Positions 32,101-47,330 of a stretch of 64,000 bases of DNA are shown in pieces. Numbering within the stretch: position 1 is the stretch's first letter; each line of letters opens with the position of its first letter. Origin of the DNA: Eledone cirrhosa (taxonomy: Eukaryota); NCBI GenBank assembly GCA_964016885.1, contig OZ024756.1, positions 7,936,001 through 8,000,000 on the forward strand, in the 5' to 3' direction. Under the pieces are notes generated by a model, which saw only the letters and a program-made list of their open reading frames with translations, was not told the origin of the DNA and did no database searches. A program made the position numbers and the translations under genes.

Positions 32101-35100
32101 TACAATATCTAATATGTAGTCTTACTATATCACACTCTCTACATTATTTATTCTATAGTCTTACTATATCACACTCTGTACATTATCTAATCTATAGTCT
32201 TACTATATCGCACTCTCTACATTGTCTAATCTATAGTCTTACTATATGACACTCTCTACATTATCTAATCTATAGTCTTACTATATTTATCACACTCTCT
32301 ACATTATCTAATCTATAGTCTTACTATATCACACTCTCTACATTATCTAATCTATAGTCTTACTATATCTCACTCTCTACATTATCTAAACTATAGTCTT
32401 ACTATATCACAGTCTCTACATTATCTAATCTATTGTCTTACTATATATATCACACTCTCTACATTATCTAATCTATAGTCTTACTATATATATCACACTC
32501 TCTACATTATCTATTCTATCGTCTTACTATATATATCACACTCTCTACATTATCTAATGTATAGTATTACTACATATATCACACTCTCTACAATATCTAA
32601 TCTATAGTCTTACTATATTACACTCTCTACATTATCTAATCTATATTCTTGCTACATATATCACACTCTCTACATTATCTATTCTATAATCTTACTATAT
32701 ATATCTCACTCTCTACATTATCTAATCTATAGTATTATTATATCACACTCTCTACATTATTTATTCTATAGTCTTACTATATCTCACTCTCTACATTATC
32801 TAAACTATAGTCTTACTATATCACAGTCTCTACATTATCTAATCTATTGTCTTACTATATATATCTCACTCTCTACATTATCTAATCTATAGTCTTACTA
32901 TATATAGCACACACTCTAAATTATCTAATCTATAGTCTTTCTATATATATCAGACTCTCTACATTATCTAATATAGAGTCTTACTATATCACAATCTCTA
33001 CATCATCTAATCTATAGTCTTACTATATATATCTCACCCTCTACATTATCTAATCTATAGTCTTACTGTATCACACTCTTTACATTATCTAATCTATAGT
33101 CTTACTATATATATCACACTCTTTACATTATCTAATCTATAGTCTTACTATATATATCACCGTCTACATTATCTAATCTATAGTCTTACTATATATATCA
33201 CACTCTCTACATTATCGAACTTATAATCTTACTATATATATCTCACTCTCTACATTATCTAATCTATAGTATTACTATATCACACTCTCTACATTATTTA
33301 TTCTATAGTCTTACTATATCACACTCTGTACATTATCTAATCTATAGTCTTACTATATCACAGTCTCTACATTATCTAATCTATAGTCTTACTATATATA
33401 TCAGACTCTCTACATTATCTAATCTATAGCCTTACTGTATCACACTCGCTACATTATCTAATCTAGATGTCTTACTATATATATCACACTCTCTACATTA
33501 TCTAATCTATAGAGTTACTATATATATCACACTCTCTACATTATCTAATCTATAGTTTTACTATATCGCACTCTCTACATTATCAAATCTATAGTCTTAC
33601 TATATCACGTTCTCTACATTATCTAATCTATACCCTTACTATATATATCACACTCTCTACATTATCTATTCTATAGTCTTACTATATATATCACACTCTC
33701 TACATTATCTAATCTATAGTCTTACTATATATATCACCCTCTACATTATCTAATCTATAGTCTTACTATATATATCACCCTCTCTACATTATCTAATCTA
33801 TAGTGTTGCTACATATATCACACTCTCTACAATATCTGATATATAGTCTTACTATATCACACTCTCTACATTATCTAATCTATATTCTTACTACATATGT
33901 CACACTCTCTACATTATCTGATCTATAATCTTACTATATATATCTCACTCTCTACATTATCTAATCTATAGTATTACTATATCACACTCTCTACATTATT
34001 TATTCTATAGTCTTACTATATCACACTCTGTACATTATCTAATCTATAGTCTTACTATATCGCACTCTCTACATTGTCTAATCGATAGTCTTACTATATG
34101 ACACTCTCTACATTATCTAATCTATAGTCTTACTCTATCTCACTCTCTACATTATCTAATCTATAGTCTTACTATATCACAGTCTCTACTTTATCTAATC
34201 TATAGTCTTACTATATATATCACACTCTCTACATTGTCTAATCGATAGTCTTACTATATGACACTCTCTACATTATCTAATCTATAGTCTTACTCTATCT
34301 CACTCTCTACATTATCTAAACTATAGTCTTACTATATCACAGTCTCTAGATTATCTAATCTATTGTCTTACTGTATATATCACACTCTCTACATTATCTA
34401 CTCTATAGTCTTACTATATATATCACCCTCTACATTATCGAATCTATAGTCTTACTATCTATATCACACTCTCTACATTATCTAATCTATAGTCTTACTA
34501 CATATATCACACTCTCTACAATATCTAATCTATAGTCTTACTATATCACACTCTCTACATTATCTAATCTATATTCTTGCTACATATATCACACTCTCTA
34601 CATTATCTATTCTATAATCTTACTATATATATCTCACTCTCTACATTATCTAATCTATAGTATTACTATATCACACTCTCTACATTAGTTATTCTATAGT
34701 CTTACTATATCACACTCTCTACATTATCTAATCTATTGTCTTACTATATGACACTCTCTACATTATCTAATCTATAATCTTACTATATCTCACTCTGTAC
34801 AATATCTAATCTATAGTCTTACTATATCACAGTCTCTTCATTATCTATTCTATAGTCTTACTATATATATCACACTCTCTACATTATCTAATCTATCGTC
34901 TTACTATATCACACTCTCAACATTATTTATTCTATAGTCTAACTATATCACACTCTGTACATTTTCTAATCTATAGTCTTACTATATATAGCACACACTG
35001 TAAATTATCTAATCTATAGTCTTACTATATATATCACACTCTCTACATTATCTAATATATAGTCTTACTATATCACAATCTCTACATCATCTAATCTATA

Positions 35101-38100
35101 GTCTTACTATATATATCACACTCTCTACATTATCTATTCTGTAGTCTTACTATATATATCACACTCTCTACATTATCTAATCTATAGTCTTACTATATAT
35201 ATCACCGTTTACATTATCTAATCTATAGTCTTACTATATATATCACACTCTCTACATTATCTAATCTATAGTCTTACTATATATATCCCACTCTCTTCAT
35301 TATCTAATCTATAGTCTTACTATATCGCACTCTCTACAATATCTAATCTATAATCTTACTATATCACACTCTCTACATTATCTAATCTATAGTCTTACTA
35401 TATATATCACCCTCTACATTATCTAATCTATAGTCTTACTATATATATCACACTCTCTACATTATCTAATCTATAGTGTTGCTACATATATCACACTCTC
35501 TACAATATCTAATATATAGTCTTACTATATCACACTCTCTACATTATCTAATCTATATTCTTACTACATATATCACACTCTCTACATTATCTGATCTATA
35601 ATCTTACTATATATATCTCACTCTCTACATTATCTAATCTATAGTCTTACTATATCACACTCTCTACATTGTCTAATCTATAGTCTTACTATATGACACT
35701 CTCTACATTATCTAATCTATAGTCTTACTATATCTCACTCTCTACATTATCTATTCTATAGTCTTACTATATCACAGTCTCTACATTATATAATCTATAG
35801 TCTTACTATATCACACTCTCTACATTACCTAATCTAGATGTCTTACTATATATATCACACTCTCTACATTATCTAATCTATAGAATTACTATATATATCA
35901 CACTCTCTACATTATCTAATCTATAGTTTTAATATATCGTACTCTCTACATTATCTAATCTATAGTCTTCTTATATATATCTCACCCTCTACATTATCTA
36001 ATCTATAGTCTTACTATATCACACTCTTTACATTATCTAATCTATAGTCTTACTATATATATCACACTCTTTACATTATCTAATCTATAGTCTTACTATA
36101 TATATCACCGTCTACATTATCTAATCTATAGTCTTACTATATATATCACACTCTCTACATTATCTAATCTACAGTCTTACTATATATATCCCACTATCTT
36201 CATTATCTAATCTATAGTCTTACTATATCGCACTCTCTACAATATCTAATCTATAATCTTACTATATCACACTCTCTACATTATCTAATCTATATTCTTA
36301 CTACATATATCACACTCTCTACATTATCTGATCTATAATCTTACTATATATATCTCACTCTCTACATTATCTAATCTATAGTATTACTATATCACACTCT
36401 CTACATTATTTATTCTATAGTCTTACTATATCACACTCTGTACATTATCTAATCTATAGTCTTACTATATATATCCCACTCTCTTCATTATCTAATCTAT
36501 AGTCTTACTATATCGCACTCTCTACAATATCTAATCTATAATCTTACTATATCACACTCTCTACATTATCTAATCTATATTCTTACTACATATATCACAC
36601 TCTCTACATTATCGAACTTATAATCTTACTATATATATCTCACTCTCTACATTATCTAGTCTATAGTATTACTATATCACACTCTCTACATTATTTATTC
36701 TATAGTCTTACTATATCACACTCTGTACATTATCTAATCTATAGTCTTACCATATCGCACTCTCTACATTGTCTAATCTATAGTCTTACTATATGACACT
36801 CTCTACATTATCTAATCTATAGTCTTACTATATCTCACTCTCTACATTATCTAATCTATAGTCTTACTATATCACAGTCTCTACTTTATCTAATCTATAG
36901 TCTTACTATATATATCACACTCTCTACATTATCTAATCTATAGCCTTACTATATCACACTCTCTACATTATCTAATCTATAGTTTTACTATATCTCACTC
37001 TCTACATTATCTAAACTATAGTCTTACTATATCACAGTCTCTACATTATCTAATCTATTGTCTTACTATATATATCACACTCTCTACATTATCTACTCTA
37101 TAGTCTTACTATATATATCACACTCTCTACATTATCTAATCGATAGTCTTACTATATATATCACCCTCTACATTATCTAATCTATAGTCTTACTATATAT
37201 ATCACACTCTCTACATTATCTAATCTATAGTGTTACTACATATATCACACCCTCTACAATATCTAATCTATAATCTTACTATATCACACTCTCTACATTA
37301 TCTAATCTATATTCTTACTACATATATCACACTCTCTACATTATCGAACTTATAATCTTACTATATATATCTCACTCTCTACATTATCTAATCTATAGTA
37401 TTACTATATCACACTCTCTACATTATTTATTCTATAGTCTTACTATATCACACTCTGTACATTATCTAATCTATAGTCTTACTATATCGCACTCTCTACA
37501 TTGTCTAATCGATAGTCTTACTATATGACACTCTCTACATTATCTAATCTATAGTCTTACTCTATCTCACTCTCTACATTATCTAATCTATAGTCTTACT
37601 ATATCACAGTCTCTTCTTTATCTAATCTATAGTCTTACTATATATATCACACTCTCTACATTATCTAATCTATAGTCTTACTATATCGCACTCTCTACAT
37701 TGTCTAATCGATAGTCTTACTATATGACACTCTCTACATTATCTAATCTATAGTCTTACTCTATCTCACTCTCTACATTATCTAATCTATAGTCTTACTA
37801 TATCACAGTCTCTACTTTATCTAATCTATAGTCTTACTATATATATCACACTCTCTACATTATCTAATCTATAGTCTTACTATATCACAGTCTCTACATT
37901 ATCTAATCTATTGTCTTACTATATATATCACACTCTCTACATTATCTACTCTATAGTCTTACTATATATATCACCCTCTACATTATCTAATCTATAGTCT
38001 TACTATATATATCACACTCTCTACATTATCTAATCTATAGTCTTACTACATATATCACACTCTCTACAATATCTAATCTATAGTCTTCCTATATCACACT

Positions 38101-41100
38101 CTCTACATTATCTAATCTATATTCTTGCTACATATATCACACTCTCTACATTATCTATTCTATAATCTTACTATATATATCTCACTCTCTACATTATCTA
38201 ATCTATAGTATTACTATATCACACTCTCTACATTAGTTATTCTATAGTCTTACTATATCACACTCTGTACATTATCTAATCTATAGTCTTACTATATCGC
38301 ACTCTCTACATTATCTAATCTATTGTCTTACTATATGACACTCTCTACATTATCTAATCTATAATCTTACTATATCTCAATCTGTACAATATCTAATCTA
38401 TAGTCTTACTATATCACAGTCTCTTCATTATCTATTCTATAGTCTTACTATATATATCACACTCTCTACATTATCTAATCTATCGTCTTACTATATCACA
38501 CTCTCAACATTATTTATTCTATAGTCTAACTATATCACACTCTGTACATTTTCTAATCTATAGTCTTACTATATATAGCACACACTGTAAATTATCTAAT
38601 CTATAGTCTTACTATATATATCACACTCTCTACATTATCTAATATATAGTCTTACTATATCACAATCTCTACATCATCTAATCTATAGTCTTACTATATA
38701 TATCTCACCCTCTACATTATCTAATCTATAGTCTTACTATATCACACTCTTTACATTATCTAATCTATAGTCTTACTATATATATCACACTCTCTACATT
38801 ATCTATTCTATAGTCTTACTATATATATCACACTCTCTACATTATCTAATCTATAGTCTTACTATATATATCACCGTTTACATTATCTAATCTATAGTCT
38901 TACTATATATATCACACTCTCTACATTATCTAATCTATAGTCTTACTATATATATCCCACTCTCTTCATTATCTAATCTATAGTCTTACTATATCGCACT
39001 CTCTACAATATCTAATCTATAATCTTACTATATCACACTCTCTACATTATCTAATCTATAGTCTTACTATATATATCACCCTCTACATTATCTAATCTAT
39101 AGTCTTACTATATATATCACACTCTCTACATTATCTAATCTATAGTGTTGCTACATATATCACACTCTCTACAATATCTAATATATAGTCTTACTATATC
39201 ACACTCTCTACATTATCTAATCTATATTCTTACTACATATATCACACTCTCTACATTATCTGATCTATAATCTTACTATATATATCTCACTCTCTACATT
39301 ATCTAATCTATAGTATTACTATATCACACTCTCTACATTATTTATTCTATAGTCTTACTATATCACACTCTGTACATTATCTAATCTATAGTCTTACTAT
39401 ATCACACTCTCTACATTGTCTAATCTATAGTCTTACTATATGACACTCTCTACATTATCTAATCTATAGTCTTACTATATCTCACTCTCTACATTATCTA
39501 TTCTATAGTCTTACTATATCACAGTCTCTACATTATATAATCTATAGTCTTACTATATCACACTCTCTACATTACCTAATCTAGATGTCTTACTATATAT
39601 ATCACACTCTCTACATTATCTAATCTATAGAATTACTATATATATCACACTCTCTACATTATCTAATCTATAGTTTTAATATATCGTACTCTCTACATTA
39701 TCTAATCTATAGTCTTCTTATATATATCTCACCCTCTACATTATCTAATCTATAGTCTTACTATATCACACTCTTTACATTATCTAATCTATAGTCTTAC
39801 TATATATATCACACTCTTTACATTATCTAATCTATAGTCTTACTATATATATCACCGTCTACATTATCTAATCTATAGTCTTACTATATATATCACACTC
39901 TCTACATTATCTAATCTATAGTCTTACTATATCGCACTCTCTACAATATCTAATCTATAATCTTACTATATCACACTCTCTACATTATCTAATCTATAGT
40001 CTTACTATATGACACTCTCTACATTATCTAATCTATAGTCTTACTATATCTCACTCTCTACATTATCTAATCTATAGTCTTACTATATCACAGTCTCTCC
40101 ATTATCTAATCTATAGTCTTACTATATATATCGCACTCTCTACATTATCTAATCTATAGCCTTACTGTATCACACTCGCTACATTATCTAATCTAGATGT
40201 CTTACTATATATATCGCACTCTCTACATTATCTAATCTATAGTCTTACTATATCACATTCTCTACATTATCTAATCTATACCCTTACTATATATATCACA
40301 CTCTCTACATTATCTATTATATAGTCTTACTATATATATCACACTCTCTACATTATCTAATCTATAGTCTTACTATATATATCACCCTCTACATTATCTA
40401 ATCTATAGTCTTACTATATATATCACACTCTCTACATTATCTAATCTATAATGTTGCTACATATATCACACTCTCTACAATATCTAATATATAGTCTTAC
40501 TATATCACACTCTCTACATTATCTAATCTATATTCTTACTACATATATCACACTCTCTACATTATCTGATCTATAATCTTACTATATATATCTCACTCTC
40601 TACATTATCTAATCTATAGTATTACTATATCACACTCTCTACATTATTTATTCTATAGTCTTACTATATCACACTCTGTACATTATCTAATCTATAGTCT
40701 TACTATATATATCCCACTCTCTTCATTATCTAATCTATAGTCTTACTATATCGCACTCTCTACAATATCTAATCTATAATCTTACTATATCACACTCTCT
40801 ACATTATCTAATCTATATTCTTACTACATTTATCACACTCTCTACATTATCGAACTTATAATCTTACTATATATATCTCACTCTCTACATTATCTAATCT
40901 ATAGTATTACTATATCACACTCTCTACATTATTTATTCTATAGTCTTACTATATCACACTCTGTACATTATCTAATCTATAGTCTTACCATATCGCACTC
41001 TCTACATTGTCTAATCTATAGTCTTACTATATGACACTCTCTACATTATCTAATCTATAGTCTTACTATATCTCACTCTCTACATTATCTAATCTATAGT

Positions 41101-44100
41101 TTTACTATATCTCACTCTCTACATTATCTAAACTATAGTCTTACTATATCACAGTCTCTACATTATCTAATCTATTGTCTTACTATATATATCACACTCT
41201 CTACATTATCTACTCTATAGTCTTACTATATATATCACACTCTCTACATTATCTAATCGATAGTCTTACTATATATATCACCCTCTACATTATCTAATCT
41301 ATAGTCTTACTATATATATCACACTCTCTACATTATCTAATCTATAGTGTTACTACATATATCACACCCTCTACAATATCTAATCTATAATCTTACTATA
41401 TCACACTCTCTACATTATCTAATCTATATTCTTACTACATATATCACACTCTCTACATTATCGAACTCATAATCTTACTATATATATCTCACTCTCTACA
41501 TTATCTAATCTATAGTATTACTATATCACACTCTCTACATTATTTATTCTATAGTCTTACTATATCACACTCTGTACATTATCTAATCTATAGTCTTACT
41601 ATATCACACTCTCTACATTGTCTAATCTATAGTCTTACTATATGACACTCTCTACATTATCTAATGTATAGTCTTACTATATCTCACTCTCTACATTATC
41701 TATTCTATAGTCTTACAATATCACAGTCTCTACATTATCTAATCTATAGTCTTACTATATCACACTCTCTATATTACCTAATCTAGATGTCTTACTATAT
41801 ATATCACACTCTCTACATTATCTAATCTATAAAATTACTATATATATCACACTCTCTACATTATCTAATCTATAGTTTTAATATATCGTACTCTCTACAT
41901 TATCTAATCTATAGTCTTACTATATATATCTCACCCTCTACATTATCTAATCTATAGTCTTACTATATCACACTCTTTACATTATCTAATCTATAGTCTT
42001 ACTATATATATCACACTCTTTACATTATCTAATCTATAGTCTTACTATATATATCACCGTTTACATTATCTAATCTATAGTCTTACTATATATATCACAC
42101 TCTCTACATTATCTAATCTATAGTCTTACTATATATATCCCACTCTCTTCATTATCTAATCTATAGTCTTACTATATCACACTCTCTACAATATCTAATC
42201 TATAATCTTACTATATCACACTCTCTACATTATCTAATCTATAGTCTTACTATATATATCACCCTCTACATTATCTAATCTATAGTCTTACTATATAAAT
42301 CAGACTCTCTACAGTATCTAATCTATAGTGTTGCTACATATATCACACTCTCTACAATATCTAATATATAGTCTTACTATATCACACTCTCTACATTATC
42401 TAATCTATATTCTTACTACATATATCACACTCTCTACATTATCTGATCTATAATCTTACTATATATATCTCACTCTCTAGATTATCTAATCTATAGTATT
42501 ACTATATCACACTCTCTACATTATTTATTCTATAGTCTTACTATATCACACTCTGTACATTATCTAATCTATAGTCTTACTATATATATCCCACTCTCTT
42601 CATTATCTAATCTATAGTCTTACTATATCGCACTCTCTACAATATCTAATCTATAATCTTACTATATCACACTCTCTACATTATCTAATCTATATTCTTA
42701 CTACATATATCACACTCTCTACATTATCGAACTTATAATCTTACTATATATGTTCTCACTCTCTACATTATCTAATCTATAGTATTACTATATCACACTC
42801 TGTACATTATCTAACCTATAGTCTTACCATATCGCACTCTCTACATTGTCTAATCTATAATCTTACTATATGACACTCTCTACATTATCTAATCTATAGT
42901 ATTACTATATCTCACTCTCTACATTATCTAATCTATAGTCTTACTATATCACAGTCTCTACTTTATCTAATCTATAGTCTTACTATATATATCACATTCT
43001 CTACATTATCTAATCTATAGTCTTACTATATCACACTCTCTACATTATCTAATCTATAGTCTTACTATATCTCACTCTCTACATTATCTAAACTATAGTC
43101 TTACTATATCACAGTCTCTACATCATCTAATCTATTGTCTTACTATATATATCACACTCTCTACATTATCTACTCTATAGTCTTACTATATATATCACAC
43201 ACTCTACATTATTTAATTGATAGTCTTACTATATATATCACCCTCTACATTATCTAATCTATAGTCTTACTATATATATCACACTCTCTACATTATCTAA
43301 TCTATAGTGTTACTACATATATCACACCCTCTACAATATCTAATCTATAATCTTACTATATCACACTCTCTACATTATCTAATCTATATTCTTACTACAT
43401 ATTTCACACTCTCTACATTATGTAATCTATAATCTTACCATATATATCTCACTCTCTACATTTATCATATTTATTCTATAGTCTTACTATATCACACTCT
43501 GTACATTATCTAATCTATAGTCTTACTATATCGCACTCTCTACATTGTCTAATCTATAGTCTTACTATATCTCACTCTCTACATTATCTAATCTATAGTC
43601 TTACTATATCACAGTCTCTACTTTGTCTAATCTATAGTCTTACTATATTTATCACACTCTCTACATTATCTAATCTATAGTCTTACTATATCACACTCTC
43701 TACATTATCTAATCTATAGTCTTACTATATCTCACTCTCTACATTATCTAAACTATAGTCTTACTATATCACAGTCTCTACATTATCTAATCTATTGTCT
43801 TACTATATATATCACACTCTCTACATTATCTAATCTATAGTCTTACTATATATATCACACTCTCTACATTATCTATTCTATCGTCTTACTATATATATCA
43901 CACTCTCTACATTATCTAATGTATAGTCTTACTACATATATCACACTCTCTACAATATCTAATCTATAGTCTTACTATATTACACTCTCTACATTATCTA
44001 ATCTATATTCTTGCTACATATATCACACTCTCTACATTATCTATTCTATAATCTTACTATATATATCTCACTCTCTACATTATCTAATCTATAGTATTAT

Positions 44101-45189
44101 TATATCACACTCTCTACATTATTTATTCTATAGTCTTATTATATCACACTCTGTACATTATCTAATCTATAGTCTTACTATATCGCACTCTCTACATTAT
44201 CTAATCTATTGTCTTACTATATGACACACTCTACATTATCTAATCTATAATCTTACTATATCTCACTCTGTACAATATCTAATCTATAGTCTTACTATAT
44301 CACAGTCTCTACATTATCTAATCTATAGTCTTACTATATATATCACACTCTCTACATTATCTAATCTATAGTCTTACTATATCACACTCTCTACATTATC
44401 TAATCTATCGTCTTACTATATCACACTCTCAACATTATTTATTCTATAGTCTAACTATATCACACTCTGTACATTATCTAATCTATAGTCTTACTATATA
44501 TAGCACACACTCTAAATTATCTAATCTATAGTCTTTCTATATATATCACACTCTCTACATTATCTAATATAGAGTCTTACTATATCACAATCTCTACATC
44601 ATCTAATCTATAGTCTTACTATATATATCTCACCCTCTACATTATCTAATCTATAGTCTTACTATATCACACTCTTTATATTATCTAATCTATAGTCTTA
44701 CTATATATATCACCGTCTACATTATCTAATCTATAGTATTACTATATCACACTCTCTACATTATTTATTCTATAATCTTACTATATCACACTCTGTACAT
44801 TATCTAATCTATAGTCTTACTATATATATCCCACTCTCTTCATTATCTAATCTATAGTCTTACTATATCGCACTCTCTACAATATCTAATCTATAATCTT
44901 ACTATATCACACTCTCTACATTATCTAATCTATATTCTTACTACATATATCACACTCTCTACATTATCGAACTTATAATCTTACTATATATATCTCACTC
45001 TCTACATTATCTAATCTATAGTATTACTATATCACACTCTCTACATTATTTATTCTATAGTCTTACTATATCACACTCTGTACATTATCTAATCTATAGT
45101 CTTACCATATCGCACTCTCTACATTATCTAATCTATAGTCTTACTATATCACAGTCTCTACATTATCTAATCTATAGTCTTACTATATC

Positions 45190-47330
45190 ACACTCTCTAC
45201 ATTACCTAATCTAGATGTCTTACTATATATATCACACTCTCTACATTATCTAATCTATAGAATTACTATATATATCACACTCTCTACATTATCTAATCTA
45301 TAGTTTTAATATATCGTACTCTCTACATTATCTAATCTATAGTCTTACTGTATCACACTCTCTACAGTATCTATTCTATAGTCTTACTATATATATCACA
45401 CTCTCTACATTATCTAATCTATAGTCTTACTATATATATCACCCTCTACATTATCTAATCTATAGTCTTACTATATATATCACACTCTCTACATTATCTA
45501 ATCTATAGTTTCACTACATATATCACACTCTCTACATTATCTAATCTATCGTCTTACTATATCACGATCTCTACATCATCTAATCTATAGTCTTACTATA
45601 TATATCTCACCCTCTATATTATTTAATCTATAGTCCCACTATATCAAACTCTTTACTTTATCTAATCTATAGTCTTACTATATATATCACACTCTCTGCA
45701 TTATCTAATCTATAGGCTTACTATATATATCACACTCTCTACATTATGTAATCTATAGTCTTACTATATATATCACACTCTCTTCATTATCTAATCTATA
45801 GTCTTACTATATCACACTCTCTACAATGTCTAATCTATAGTCTTACTATATCACACTCTCTACATTATCTAATCTGTATTCTTACTACATATATCTCACT
45901 CTCTACATTATCTAATCTATAATCTTCATATATATATCACACTCTCTATATTATCTGATATATAGTCTTACTATATCACGCTCTCTGAATTATCTAATCT
46001 ATAGTCTTACTATATAGATCACACTCTCTACATTATCTATTCTATAGACTTACTATATATATCACACTCTCTACATTATCTAATCGATAGTCTTACTATA
46101 TATATCAACCTCTACATTATCTAATCTATAGTCTTACTATATATATCATACTCTCTACATTATCTAATCTATAGTGTTACTACATATATCACACCCTCTA
46201 CAATATCTAATCTATAATCTTACTATATCACACTCTCTACATTATCAAATCTATATTCTTACTACATATATCACACTCTCTACATTATGTAATCTATAAT
46301 CTTACCATATATATCTCACTCTCTACATTATCTAATCTATAGTATTACTATATCACACTCTCTACATTATTTATTCTATAATCTTACTATATCACACTCT
46401 GTACATTATCTAATCTATAGTCTTACTATATCACACTCTCTACATTGTCTAATCTATAGTCTTACTATATGACACTCTCTACATTATCTAATCTATAGTC
46501 TTACTATATCTCACTCTCTACATTACCTAATCTAGATGTCTTACTATATATATCACACTCTCTACATTATCTAATCTATAGAATTACTATATATATCACA
46601 CTCTCTACATTATCTAATCTATAGTTTTAATATATCGCACTCTCTATATTATCTAATCTATAGTCTTACTATATCACACTCTCTACAGTATCTATTCTAT
46701 AGTCTTACTATATATATCACACTCTCTACATTATCAAATCTATAGTCTTACTATATATACACCCTCTACATTATCTAATCTATAGTCTTACTATATATAT
46801 CACACTCTCTACATTATCTAATCTATAGTTTCACTACATATATCACACTCTCTACATTATCTAATCTATCGTCTTACTATATCACGATCTCTACATCATC
46901 TAATCTATAGTCTTACTATATATATCTCACCCTCTATATTATTTAATCTATAGTCCCACTATATCAAACTCTTTACATTATCTAATCTATAGTCTTACTA
47001 TATATATCACACTCTCTGCATTATCTAATCTATAGGCTTACTATAGATATCACACTCTCTACATTATCTAATCTATAGTCTTACTATATATATCACACTC
47101 TCTTCATTATCTAATCTATAGTCTTACTATATCACACTCTCTACAATGTCTAATCTATAGTCTTACTATATCACACTCTCTACCTTATCTAATCTATATT
47201 CTTACTACATATATCTCACTCTCTACATTATCTAATCTATAATCTTCATATATATATCACTCTCTCTATATTATCTGATATATAGTCTTACTATATCACG
47301 CTCTCTGAATTATCTAATCTATAGTCTTAC
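45190..47330. repeat. Partial duplication, offset 1320 bp
   Basis: ATCACGATCT at 45561/46881. The GTTTCACTAC, GTCCCAC and CTCTGAATT markers are shared. Confidence 0.75.
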
